Notes: a model not told the origin generated them from the sequence alone. Positions 48,830-58,841 are shown, counted from the stretch's first letter. The stretch is 64,000 nucleotides of DNA from Staphylococcus sp. (GCA_023665865.1 JAMPDC010000001.1:1649910-1713909), one strand, 5' to 3'. Numbers and translations are program-made.

Positions 48830-51025
48830 ATGAAGAAGATTGACAATGCAACTGTCCAGCGTATCCTCGATGCCGCAGATATAGTCGAGGTGGTGAGTGA
48901 CTTCGTGAGTTTGAAGAAACGCGGAGCCAACTACGTCGGGCTATGTCCTTTCCACAACGATCGTTCGCCGTCGTTCTATGTCTCTAAGGCCAAGGGCATG
49001 TGTAAATGCTTCAGCTGTGGTGAAGGTGGCAGTCCAGTCAGTTTCATCATGAAACTTGAGCAACTCTCGTTTACCGAAGCTCTGCGCTATCTTGCGAAAA
49101 AATATAATATCGAGATTGAAGAGCGAGAGATGACCGACGAGGAACGCCGTGCCGAGGGGGATCGTGAGAATATGCTTGCGCTCAACGACTTCGTGATGCG
49201 GCATTTTGAGAAAAATCTTCACGATACGCCCGAAGGACGCGACATCGGTCTCTCATATTTCCGCTATCGCGGCATCAGCGATGCCATGATTGAGCGCTTC
49301 CATCTCGGATATGCTCTCGAAGAACGCGATGCCCTCTTCAAGACTGCTACGGAGCGAGGCTACAGCGAACAGTATCTTTTCTCTACCGGCGTCTGTACCC
49401 GTACGGAGGATGGTCGTGTCTACGACCGTTTCCGCGGACGAGTGATGTATCCTATACTCACTCTCTCCGGCAAAGTGGTGGCTTTCGGCGGCCGCACTCT
49501 TAGCAAGGAGAAGAAAATTGCCAAATATGTCAACTCCCCAGAGTCTGAAATCTATCAGAAGCGTCGTGAGCTATATGGACTCTTTCAGGCTAAACAGGCC
49601 ATCTCGAAAGCCCAGCGCTGCATCATCGTCGAGGGATACATGGATGTTATCTCCATGCACCAGGCCGGTGTCTGCAATGTCGTGGCCTCGTCGGGTACGG
49701 CATTGACAGTCGAGCAGGTCAGGTTGATCAAACGTTTCACCAACAACGTCACACTGATCTATGATTCTGACGCTGCAGGCATCAAGGCCTCACTCCGTGG
49801 AATCGAGCTTCTGCTTCAGGATGGCATGAATCTTAAGGTGCTCTTGCTTCCTGACGGTGAGGATCCGGATTCTTTTGCCCAGAGCCATTCGTCGACGGAG
49901 GTGGAGGAATATATAGCAGCTCATGAGACCGACTTCATCAGCTTCATGGCCCGGGTCCTTATGGAGGGTGCGGCCGATGACCCGACGCAGCGGGCGACGG
50001 TCATCACCCGCCTTGTCAAGACAATCGCGTTGATCCCTGATGAGATCACGAGGAGCGTCTATGTCCAGGAGTGTTCGCGCATCCTGTTCATGGACGAGGA
50101 TATATTGCGCAGGGAGGTCGGCAAATATTATAATGAATTCAGGCTGAAATCGCGTGAAGACCGTCAGCGAGAGGAAGCCTTCACTGCTTTTCCCGATGAG
50201 GCTGCCATCCCGGTAAACACCGGTGGAGCTGTCGGGCCGGCTGAGAGTGCTTCGCCGCAACCGGAACCTGTCAAGGATGAGGCCACGCGCTTTCTGCGTA
50301 CCTATGAGCTGGCTCTTATACGGCTCGTGGTCAAATATGGCAACTTCGCTTTTGCCGAGGGTATTGACGCCGATGGCAACAATGTCCCGATGACGGTGCT
50401 CGAATATATAGATTCAGACCTTGCGATGGACGGTATAAGTTTTGTCAACAAGGATCTTGCCCACTTCTTTGACGTGGCTCTCCGGCTTAGCCGTGAAACC
50501 TGGGACGCAGATCTCCGTCGGCGGCGTCTGGAGCTGGAGGAGCGCCGTAGCAAGGAGTTTGCTGAAGGTGTTGAGGCTATCAGGCAGAAAGCTACGGATG
50601 TCGGGAGCATTTCTGCCATGGAACGTTCGCTGCAGGAGGCGGTCGATGCGTCCTATGCCCGTGCTATTGATGAATTTTCAGAGTCATATCTTGCAAGACT
50701 CATGTGTTCGTCGCCCGACGACGGAGTGCGCAACCTTGCGACTGACCTTGTGGTCGAACGTCATATACTCAGCAAGGTCCATACCAAATATGCCAAGATC
50801 GACACAGAGCTGGATCTGCTCGGGGAGCTCGTCCCGCGGGCGATCAACGAGCTCAAAGATGCAATCCTCTGCACTCAGCTCAACGAGGCGCGCAGCCGCT
50901 TGGCCGCATGTGGCTCGGACTATGAAAGCGCTATCGCTCTAATGCGCGAGATTCAGGAGATCGAGAGTTCTCGATCCGAACTTGCAAAGCTGATCGGCGA
51001 CCGCGTCATCGCGCCACGCAAGTGA
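48830..51025 (+). CDS. dnaG: DNA primase
   Basis: Start MKKID (ATG 48830). CPFH..CFSC zinc finger, FGGR, KYVNSPE, EGYMD and DSDAAG motifs. Confidence 0.98.
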   Translation: MKKIDNATVQRILDAADIVEVVSDFVSLKKRGANYVGLCPFHNDRSPSFYVSKAKGMCKCFSCGEGGSPVSFIMKLEQLSFTEALRYLAKKYNIEIEEREMTDEERRAEGDRENMLALNDFVMRHFEKNLHDTPEGRDIGLSYFRYRGISDAMIERFHLGYALEERDALFKTATERGYSEQYLFSTGVCTRTEDGRVYDRFRGRVMYPILTLSGKVVAFGGRTLSKEKKIAKYVNSPESEIYQKRRELYGLFQAKQAISKAQRCIIVEGYMDVISMHQAGVCNVVASSGTALTVEQVRLIKRFTNNVTLIYDSDAAGIKASLRGIELLLQDGMNLKVLLLPDGEDPDSFAQSHSSTEVEEYIAAHETDFISFMARVLMEGAADDPTQRATVITRLVKTIALIPDEITRSVYVQECSRILFMDEDILRREVGKYYNEFRLKSREDRQREEAFTAFPDEAAIPVNTGGAVGPAESASPQPEPVKDEATRFLRTYELALIRLVVKYGNFAFAEGIDADGNNVPMTVLEYIDSDLAMDGISFVNKDLAHFFDVALRLSRETWDADLRRRRLELEERRSKEFAEGVEAIRQKATDVGSISAMERSLQEAVDASYARAIDEFSESYLARLMCSSPDDGVRNLATDLVVERHILSKVHTKYAKIDTELDLLGELVPRAINELKDAILCTQLNEARSRLAACGSDYESAIALMREIQEIESSRSELAKLIGDRVIAPRK

Positions 51026-51059
51026 CAGCGCTGTTCCGGATGACAGCCGCACTGCCAGA

Positions 51060-51376
51060 AATTTTAAGGGAGACGAACCTCGCGGTCAGTCTCCCTTTTC
51101 TAATCTACAATCTTGTAAAAACACATATATTGAAAAAACGATTCCTTTGACAGTTGGAGTGTAATGGAATCAATGGCTTCTTTGAATGTGGCTCCAGTGA
51201 TTGTAAATGTAGCAAATGTTGTAAATGAATGTTAGGGTTTAATTTTCTTTGTTGAATCTATATAATACATCTATCCTTGATAGTCTTTGAACTTTTTTAT
51301 CGGTGGGGATGGGAGATGAATTTGTGGGCTTTTGGTTTGTTTTTAATGTTTGTCAATGTGGGTTTGTAGGATTTCG
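51060..51376 (-). ncRNA. Candidate sRNA (~310 nt)
   Basis: Consensus promoter at 51383-51413, no ORF longer than 12 aa, GNRA-capped 3' hairpin. Confidence 0.4.
51066..51099. terminator. Hairpin after dnaG, shared with a convergent minus-strand unit
   Basis: aagggagac / gtctccctt followed by tt. On the minus strand the loop reads cc-GCGA-gg (GNRA). Confidence 0.75.
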
Positions 51377-51382
51377 ACTATG

Positions 51383-51413
51383 CAAAAGTAAGTAAAGACT
51401 TAAAATAAACAAA
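51383..51413 (-). promoter_or_regulatory. Orphan sigmaA promoter
   Basis: Minus strand: TTTG (51413-51410), N19, TACTTTTG (51390-51383). Confidence 0.7.
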
Positions 51414-51758
51414 AAAATGGAGGCATAATCGTTGAAAAAAATAGAAAATTTTTGATTCTGTACCCGCCTGGTAGACAGAAATGTAGATGTTTTGGCGACA
51501 GGATGGACAGGAGGCCTTGCAGACTGTCGCGCGAGTGTCACAGTCATCGCATGGCTGGCCATGCGTGAATCATCATCGTTCAATCTTTCATTTACGATTG
51601 TTAATCTCTTATTATGTTTTTTTTACGCACGTAAAATGGTAGTTAACGAAAATCTTGTTAACTTTGCATCTTGAAAAAGTGTTTAGACTCCTCTAAACAC
51701 CCATGAAACAATGAAATAGCAAACAAACCCGCCTCTGTCGGGAGGCATAAATCGCATT

Positions 51759-53300
51759 ATGAATAAAAGATTCCCGCTATACACACTGTTGACTCTCATC
51801 TTGATGGGCATTGTCTCGGCATGTAATTCCAACTCTGAAACATTTGTGTCAGAGGGAGATTTCAGCAACTGTTCCGTGACATCGTTCAGCCTTGTGAAGG
51901 ACGACAGCGTGCTTGCCCATCTTGACTCAGTCTTCTTCTCCATTGACCTGGTTAATGCCGAGATATTCAACGCCGACTCGCTGCCAATGGGCACTAAGGT
52001 CGACAAGCTGCTCGTGAACGTCGGCACATCGTCGGCCAGCGGCTGTGATATCACATATCGTATTCCCGGAACGTCGCGCGACACAACCATCAATTTCCTC
52101 CAGAATCCCAAAGACAGTATCAACTTCGCTGATGGCCCTGTCAAGTTGCTTGTCACTTCCTACGATGGCCTCTCCAAACGCGAATATACGGTCAAACTCA
52201 ATGTGCATAAGGTCGTGCCCGACACTCTTTTCTGGGATGATGCCGCCCTCCGCACTCTCCCGGGCAAACTGGCTGCGCCCACCGCACAGAAGACTGTCGA
52301 ATATCAAGGTAAAGTATATTGCTTCACGACCGACGGCTCGCAGAGCTCTATGGCTGTGACTGAGAATCCATATTACAACGATTGGGAAAGCTCAATCGTA
52401 AGCCTGCCTGCCGGTGCGGATATCAAATCGCTCTGCGCAAGCTCGGCATCGTTCTATATCCTTGACTCGGCCGGTCAGCTATTCGTTTCTGCTGACGGCC
52501 GTTCATGGCGTGCGACCGGTGTGCATATCGACTATCTCTACGGAGGCTATATGGACAAGGCTGTCGGTGCACGTAAGGACGCCGACGGGTGGAAACATGT
52601 CACATATCCCGCTTCTGCCGAAGTGGCAGTCCCGACCGGTTGCCCCGTAAGCGGTACGAGCCAGCTTGTGGCCTACGAGACCAAATGGAGCTCTTCGGTT
52701 CTCGCTCTTTTCATCGGTGGCCGCGATGCCTCAGGCACGCTTGTGGGTTCTACATGGGGCTACGATGGCAATCGTTGGGCCAAGGTGAGCACCCGTGATA
52801 TCGATGAGACCGAGGATGTGACGCTCTTCCCCTATTTCACACCGCGCGTCAGCTCGACCAACTGGAGTGTGACAGAGCGTTCCGCCCTCATTGCAGTCGG
52901 CGGCCGCTATGAATCGGAAGACGGTATCGTCGCCTCCAACCTTGTCTACGTATCCTATGACCAAGGCATCACCTGGGCCGAGGCTTCGAGCTATATGCAG
53001 CTCCCGGAATTTATCCCTGCTTTTGCTTGCGCACAGGCCATAGTGGTTCCCACCGAAATGTCTGTTGACAACGGTGGCAGCTCCCGTGCAGGTGTCGACG
53101 GATGGCTCCCGATAGGCCGCACTCCGCTTCCCGCATGGGCAAGTCCGGTTCCCGTGGCCCTCAGCCGCGCTGTCGCTCCGGTCGATGAATGGGAATGTCC
53201 CTACATCTATCTCTTTGGTGGAGAGGATGCCGACGGACTCCTCTTCGACACTCTCTGGAAGGGTGTCATCCGCCGCTTCTCATTCCGTCCCTTATATTAA
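51759..53300 (+). CDS. Lipoprotein, DUF6242-like
   Basis: Lipobox VSAC, FFSIDL...IFNADSLP..T and YIYLFGG motifs. First gene of the bamA operon. TAACTTTG box at 51659-51666. Confidence 0.75.
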   Translation: MNKRFPLYTLLTLILMGIVSACNSNSETFVSEGDFSNCSVTSFSLVKDDSVLAHLDSVFFSIDLVNAEIFNADSLPMGTKVDKLLVNVGTSSASGCDITYRIPGTSRDTTINFLQNPKDSINFADGPVKLLVTSYDGLSKREYTVKLNVHKVVPDTLFWDDAALRTLPGKLAAPTAQKTVEYQGKVYCFTTDGSQSSMAVTENPYYNDWESSIVSLPAGADIKSLCASSASFYILDSAGQLFVSADGRSWRATGVHIDYLYGGYMDKAVGARKDADGWKHVTYPASAEVAVPTGCPVSGTSQLVAYETKWSSSVLALFIGGRDASGTLVGSTWGYDGNRWAKVSTRDIDETEDVTLFPYFTPRVSSTNWSVTERSALIAVGGRYESEDGIVASNLVYVSYDQGITWAEASSYMQLPEFIPAFACAQAIVVPTEMSVDNGGSSRAGVDGWLPIGRTPLPAWASPVPVALSRAVAPVDEWECPYIYLFGGEDADGLLFDTLWKGVIRRFSFRPLY

Positions 53301-53309
53301 TAATGTATA

Positions 53310-54017
53310 ATGAACGCAAAATCTCTCCTGTTCAGCATAGCTCTATCACTCTGCGCTCTCGCAATTCCCGCGCGGGCGCTTGCCCAGACGCAAGAGAGCG
53401 TCGAGGAATATAAATTTGACATCGGAGCCGGCATCGGCATGTCGGGATATCTCGGTGAAGCTAATGGTGGCAACCCGTTTGCCCATCCGGGAGTAGCCTT
53501 CAACGGCACTTTCCGCTATCTCATCAACACCCGTTGGGCCATCCGCGGAATGTTGACAGCAGTCTCGCTCAGTGGCTCTACGGCCGATATTGAAAATGTG
53601 CTCCCCGAAGGGAAAGTCTACGATTTCAAGTCGTGGGCCTACGATCTTGGCGCCAGAGCCGAGTTCAACTTCTTCAACTACGGCATAGGCGAGACCTATA
53701 AGCGCCTTTCGCGCATCTCGCCCTATCTCAGTCTCGGTCTCGGAGTGACTATGGCCAACTCCGGTGGCGATACATCCGTAGCCATGAGCATCCCGATGGG
53801 ACTCGGTGTCAAATACAAAGTGCGTCCGCGCCTGAATCTGGGTCTCGAATTTTCGATGACCAAAGTGTTTGGCGACAAGGTCGATAGTGCCGAACTCACA
53901 GATCTCTACAAGATCAAAAGCTCATTTCTGAAAAATACCGACTGGTATTCGACAGTCATGGTCACCCTCACTTATGAGTTCGGCAAACGTTGTGTCACCT
54001 GTCATCGCATAGATTGA
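53310..54017 (+). CDS. Small outer-membrane beta-barrel (DUF6089/PorG-like)
   Basis: Signal peptide, GMSGYLGE, AEFNFF, IPMGLGVKY and DWY...LTYEFG motifs, with a C-terminal CxxC. Confidence 0.7.
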   Translation: MNAKSLLFSIALSLCALAIPARALAQTQESVEEYKFDIGAGIGMSGYLGEANGGNPFAHPGVAFNGTFRYLINTRWAIRGMLTAVSLSGSTADIENVLPEGKVYDFKSWAYDLGARAEFNFFNYGIGETYKRLSRISPYLSLGLGVTMANSGGDTSVAMSIPMGLGVKYKVRPRLNLGLEFSMTKVFGDKVDSAELTDLYKIKSSFLKNTDWYSTVMVTLTYEFGKRCVTCHRID

Positions 54018-54127
54018 TTACAGACGTCGCAACATGAAACAGTATAGTTAAAAACCAAAAACAATCTCCCGCCCGTCGCCCGACGGTTTTTCAAACCATC
54101 CGCCGGGTGCATATACAAAGAGAGAAT

Positions 54128-54865
54128 ATGACAGAAGAAATAGACAAAAATAGTCTGCCGCGCCACGTAGCCATCATCATGGATGGCAACGGCCGCTGGG
54201 CCAAGGCCAGGGGCCTTGACCGAAGCGAAGGGCATGTCGAGGGCGTCAACACAGTGCGTCGTATCACTGAGGTTGCCTCCGAACTCGGCATAGGCTATCT
54301 CACGCTCTACACATTCTCCACCGAAAACTGGAATCGCCCGCAGGCCGAAGTCGACGCCTTGATGCACCTTATAGTGATAGCGATCGAGCGCGAGACCCCC
54401 GACCTGATTAAGAATAATGTGCGCTTGCAGATGATAGGCGACAGCTCCCGTATGCCTGCCGAAGCCTACAATCGCCTGCAGCAATGTATCGCCGACACCT
54501 CCCATTGCACAGGACTCACACTCGTCCTGGCCATCAGCTACTCATCGCGGTGGGAGCTCGTCGATGCCGCCCGCCGTTTCGCTGAAGACGTCGCCGCCGG
54601 TCGTGCGAAGGCATCCGACATGAATGGCGACGCTGCCTTCGAGGCTTATCTGACCACCGCAGGCATGCCCGATCCGGATCTTCTCATCCGCACAGGGGGC
54701 GACCACCGAATCAGCAACTTTTTGCTATGGCAGATAGCATATTCGGAAATATATGTGACCGACACCTACTGGCCTGATTTCTCGCGCGAAGACTTCATCC
54801 GTGCTATCAAGGACTTCAAAGGTCGTGAAAGGCGCTTCGGCCTCACTTCCGAACAACTTAAATAA
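54128..54865 (+). CDS. uppS: Undecaprenyl diphosphate synthase
   Basis: HVAIIMDGNGRWA, FSTENW, IRTGG..RISNF and RRFG motifs. Confidence 0.96.
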   Translation: MTEEIDKNSLPRHVAIIMDGNGRWAKARGLDRSEGHVEGVNTVRRITEVASELGIGYLTLYTFSTENWNRPQAEVDALMHLIVIAIERETPDLIKNNVRLQMIGDSSRMPAEAYNRLQQCIADTSHCTGLTLVLAISYSSRWELVDAARRFAEDVAAGRAKASDMNGDAAFEAYLTTAGMPDPDLLIRTGGDHRISNFLLWQIAYSEIYVTDTYWPDFSREDFIRAIKDFKGRERRFGLTSEQLK

Positions 54866-54899
54866 CCGAAATCCATCCCTCCACACAAACGTTTGACCA

Positions 54900-57560
54900 A
54901 TGCGTCTCAAATTTATCACATTCCTGCTCTTTCTCCCTTCGCTAATCGTCTCTTTTGGTGCCTCTGCCCAGGCTCCGAGCGATACGGTCTACAATCCGAA
55001 CATACTTTTCACCGGTCTGCCGAAGACCTATGAAATCGCCGATATCCAAGTGAAAGGCGCCGATAACTACGAGGACTACATCGTCATCGGTTATACTGGC
55101 CTGAAAGTGGGCGACATCATCACCGTCCCCGGTACAGACATCACCGATGCAAGCAAGCGACTCTGGCGTCAGGGCCTCTTCTCAAAAGTACAGTTTACGA
55201 TCGACAAGGTCGTCGGTAACAAGGCTTATATCACCATCAACCTCCGCCAGCAGCCCCGCATCGGCGAAATCAACTACAACGGAGTGAAGAAAGGCGAGAA
55301 GCAGGATCTCGAGGAGGCACTTCAGCTCCGCAAAGGCAACCAGATCACCCAGAATATCGTCAACCGCGCCGAAAATATTATCTCGAAATATTTCAGCAAC
55401 AAGGGTTTCGGTAACGCGACTGTCAAAATCAACCTGACCGATGATCTCTCACACCCCAATGAGGTGATCGTCGACATCAACGTTGACAAAAACGACAAGG
55501 TCAAAGTCCACAAGATCTATATTGAAGGCAATGAGGTCATGACTGACAATCAGCTCCAGCGAGTGATGAAGAAGACCAACGAAAAGGGCAAGCTCCTCAA
55601 CCTTTTCCGTCAGAAAAAATTCGTCGAGTCCGACTATGAGGATGACCTCAAGCGAATCATACAGAAGTATAACGAGAAGGGCTACCGCGACGCGGTGATC
55701 CTCGCAGACTCTGTCGTGCCTTTTGATGAGAAGACTGTCGATGTCTATATCTCTCTTGATGAAGGTAAGAAATATTACATCAACGACATTACCTGGGTGG
55801 GCAACACGGTCTTCCCCACCGAACTTCTTCAGGCCGCTCTCGGTATGGAGCCCGGTGACGTCTACAATCAGAAACTCCTTGATAAGCGTACACGCGATGA
55901 TGAAGATGCCATTTCTACCTACTACATGGACCGTGGCTACCTCTTCTTCGATCTAACCCCGATTGAGAAAAACGTCAACGGTGACTCGATTGATCTTGAG
56001 ATGCGCATCATCGAGGGCCCGCAGGCCAAGATCAACAACGTCATCATCAATGGTAACGACCGTCTGTATGAGAAGGTGATCCGCCGTGAGCTCCACGTGA
56101 GGCCGGGCGAACTCTTCAGCAAGACCGACCTCATGCGTTCGGCCCGCGAAATTGCCCAGACCGGACACTTCGACCCTGAAAACATGGACATCCGTCCCGA
56201 ACCGAATCAGGAAGACGGCACTGTCGACATCCTCTTCAATCTTGAATCGAAATCCAACGACCAGTTCGAGTTCTCGATGGGTTGGGGCCAGACAGGTGTC
56301 ATCGGTAAGGTTGCCATCAAGTTTACCAACTTCTCGATCAAAAACCTCTTCTATCCCAACAGCTACAAGGGCCTCATCCCACAGGGTGATGGTCAGCAAC
56401 TCACCATCTCCGCGCAGACCAACGCCCGCTACTATCAGGCCTACAGCATCTCCTTCCTTGATCCGTGGTTTGGTGGTAAGCGACCCAACTCGCTCTCCGT
56501 CTCCGCCTACTATAGCCGTCAGACCGGTGTAAACTCATCGTACTTCAACCAGAACTATATGAACAATTACCTATATTCATATAGCGGTCTCTACAACACC
56601 GGCTACTACAACAATGACTATTACGGAAATTCTTACGAAAACGCCTACGACCCCAACAAGTATCTCCAGATGCTCGGTATTTCCATCGGCTTCGGTAAGC
56701 GTCTCAACTGGCCGGATGACTACTTCACATTCCAGGCCGAACTCGGCTACAGTTGGTATAACCTCAAGAATTGGGAATACCTTCTGAACATGAACAACGG
56801 TACGGCCAACTCTCTCACCCTCGGTCTGACCCTCGCGCGTAACTCTATCGACAATCCTCTCTATACCCGTTCCGGTTCCGACTTCTCGCTCAATCTTCAG
56901 CTGACTCCTCCCGTGTCGCTCTTCGGCGATAAGAACTGGGGCAGACTCTATGAAATCGCTCAGAACCGTAAGGGTGATGCATCCAGTACAGAGGTCAACA
57001 ATGCCCGTCAGGAGCTCTACCGTTGGATCGAATATTGGAAGTTACGCTTCAAATCGCGTACCTACACTCCGCTCAACAGTGTCGACAGCAAATATACCCT
57101 CGTGCTCATGACCCGCGCAGACTTCGGTCTTCTCGGCAGCTACAACAAGTATCTCAAGTCACCCTTCGAGACCTTCTATGTCGGTGGTGACGGTATGTCG
57201 GGTTCCTACACCTACGCTCAGGAGACCATCGCCCTCCGCGGTTATGACAACGGTCAGCTCACTCCCTTATATGGCGGAGGCGGTTATGCCTATACCCGCT
57301 TCGGTGTCGAGCTCCACTTCCCGTTCATGCTCCAGCCGACAACAACCATCTATGGCCTGACCTTCCTCGAAGGCGGTAACGCCTGGACTTCGGTCAAAAA
57401 CTTCTCACCGTTCGACCTCAAGCGCAGTGCCGGAGCCGGTATCCGCATCTATCTCCCGATGATCGGTATGATGGGTATCGACTGGGCCTACGGTTTCGAT
57501 TATGCCAACGGCCAGAAGGGCGGTTCGCACTTCCACTTCATTCTCGGACAGGAATTCTAA
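54900..57560 (+). CDS. bamA: Outer membrane protein assembly factor BamA
   Basis: POTRA repeats, LRGY motif and C-terminal HFILGQEF. Confidence 0.96.
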   Translation: MRLKFITFLLFLPSLIVSFGASAQAPSDTVYNPNILFTGLPKTYEIADIQVKGADNYEDYIVIGYTGLKVGDIITVPGTDITDASKRLWRQGLFSKVQFTIDKVVGNKAYITINLRQQPRIGEINYNGVKKGEKQDLEEALQLRKGNQITQNIVNRAENIISKYFSNKGFGNATVKINLTDDLSHPNEVIVDINVDKNDKVKVHKIYIEGNEVMTDNQLQRVMKKTNEKGKLLNLFRQKKFVESDYEDDLKRIIQKYNEKGYRDAVILADSVVPFDEKTVDVYISLDEGKKYYINDITWVGNTVFPTELLQAALGMEPGDVYNQKLLDKRTRDDEDAISTYYMDRGYLFFDLTPIEKNVNGDSIDLEMRIIEGPQAKINNVIINGNDRLYEKVIRRELHVRPGELFSKTDLMRSAREIAQTGHFDPENMDIRPEPNQEDGTVDILFNLESKSNDQFEFSMGWGQTGVIGKVAIKFTNFSIKNLFYPNSYKGLIPQGDGQQLTISAQTNARYYQAYSISFLDPWFGGKRPNSLSVSAYYSRQTGVNSSYFNQNYMNNYLYSYSGLYNTGYYNNDYYGNSYENAYDPNKYLQMLGISIGFGKRLNWPDDYFTFQAELGYSWYNLKNWEYLLNMNNGTANSLTLGLTLARNSIDNPLYTRSGSDFSLNLQLTPPVSLFGDKNWGRLYEIAQNRKGDASSTEVNNARQELYRWIEYWKLRFKSRTYTPLNSVDSKYTLVLMTRADFGLLGSYNKYLKSPFETFYVGGDGMSGSYTYAQETIALRGYDNGQLTPLYGGGGYAYTRFGVELHFPFMLQPTTTIYGLTFLEGGNAWTSVKNFSPFDLKRSAGAGIRIYLPMIGMMGIDWAYGFDYANGQKGGSHFHFILGQEF

Positions 57561-57578
57561 CCCTCCGGCAGTCTGATT

Positions 57579-57605
57579 AAACTTTTCACACGCTGGCGTG
57601 TCTAT
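57579..57605 (+). promoter_or_regulatory. sigmaE-like ECF promoter upstream of skp
   Basis: AAACTT (57579-57584), N16, TCTAT (57601-57605). Confidence 0.5.
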
Positions 57606-57649
57606 ATTAATATAGCTAACATTACAAATACTTTAACATCGCCTAAGGA

Positions 57650-58165
57650 ATGAAAAAGATTTTCCTGACATTAGCACTCATCGTCGCATGTTTCAGCGGC
57701 GCCTACGCCCAGAAGTTTGCGCTTGTCGATATGGATTATATCCTCTCCAATATCCCCGCCTACGAGATGGCCAACGAACAGCTCAACCAGATCTCACTCC
57801 GTTGGCAGAAGGAAGTGGAGGCTGTGGCAAAGGAGGCTGAGACCCTCTACAAGAACTATCAGAACGAGATGGTCTTCCTGACCGACGAACAGAAGAAAAA
57901 GAAAGAGGAGGAAGTCCTGGCAAGCGAGAAAAAAGCTGCCGAACTCCGCCAGAAGTATTTTGGCCCTGACGGTGAACTCTACAAGAAACGCCAGTCGCTC
58001 ATGAAGCCTATTCAGGACGATGTCTACAACGCCGTCAAAAAAGTCTCGGAGGAGCGTGGCTACCAGTGTATTTTCGACCGCGCGTCGGCCGGCGACATCA
58101 TATTTGCGTCTCCGCGTATCGATGTCTCCAATGAGGTCCTTGAAAAGTTAGGTTATTCCAAATAA
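57650..58165 (+). CDS. skp: OmpH/Skp chaperone 1
   Basis: Signal peptide, QKFALVD, coiled coil and FGPDGEL motif. Confidence 0.92.
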   Translation: MKKIFLTLALIVACFSGAYAQKFALVDMDYILSNIPAYEMANEQLNQISLRWQKEVEAVAKEAETLYKNYQNEMVFLTDEQKKKKEEEVLASEKKAAELRQKYFGPDGELYKKRQSLMKPIQDDVYNAVKKVSEERGYQCIFDRASAGDIIFASPRIDVSNEVLEKLGYSK

Positions 58166-58269
58166 AATCCCTATCTTTGCAGCGCTTCGGATGAAGCACC
58201 GATTCCCGTTTCGCCTACAGATTTAAGAATTATTGTAATATTTAAAAAATAAAACTTCACAATACAACG

Positions 58270-58761
58270 ATGATCAAGAAATTACTGCTCGCAATCATGA
58301 TTGCGTTCCCCATGAGCCTCTTCGCCCAGAAATTTGGTGTTATCAACACTCAGGAGCTCATTCAGGCACTCCCCGAGGTCAAGAGCGTCTCTGAACAGAT
58401 GGAAGCTGCCACCAAGAAATATGAAGATGAGTTTGCAAAACTCCAGGAAGAGATGAACAAGAAGTTCGAGGAGTTCCAGCAGCTCGACGAAAATACCCCC
58501 TCGACAATCAAGGATCGCCGCACTCAGGAACTTCAGGAAATCGACGCCAAGATCCAGCGCTTCCGCGAGACTGCACAGCAGGATCTCCAGCGTCAGAACC
58601 AGCAGCTCATGGCTCCTATCCAGGAGAAAGTCCTCAAGGCAATCCAGAGCGTAGGCGCTGAAGGCAACTATACCTTCATCTTCGAAAACGTTCAGCCTAT
58701 CTATGTTGGCACCGACGTGACCGATGTCACTCCCGTCGTTAAGACCCGCCTCGGTCTCTGA
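58270..58761 (+). CDS. skp: OmpH/Skp chaperone 2
   Basis: Signal peptide, QKFGVIN, coiled coil and DVT..V motif. Own TATCTTTG box at 58172-58179. Confidence 0.9.
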   Translation: MIKKLLLAIMIAFPMSLFAQKFGVINTQELIQALPEVKSVSEQMEAATKKYEDEFAKLQEEMNKKFEEFQQLDENTPSTIKDRRTQELQEIDAKIQRFRETAQQDLQRQNQQLMAPIQEKVLKAIQSVGAEGNYTFIFENVQPIYVGTDVTDVTPVVKTRLGL

Positions 58762-58800
58762 TCGATAAAGTGATTTTTCAAGACTGAATCAATCATACCC

Positions 58801-58841
58801 GTCCGCCATGTCATCCGCACTAAGCGGATCTCATGGCGGAC
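58801..58841. other. Hairpin after the second skp gene
   Basis: gtccgccatg..atccgc / gcggat..catggcggac. Confidence 0.6.

Noticed and set aside
51353-51674. Short ORFs 51353-51583 (-) and 51492-51674 (+), and the GC-rich hairpins at ~51495-51566
   Set aside because: The ORFs run through promoter elements and have no coding signature. The hairpins have no associated promoter or terminator.
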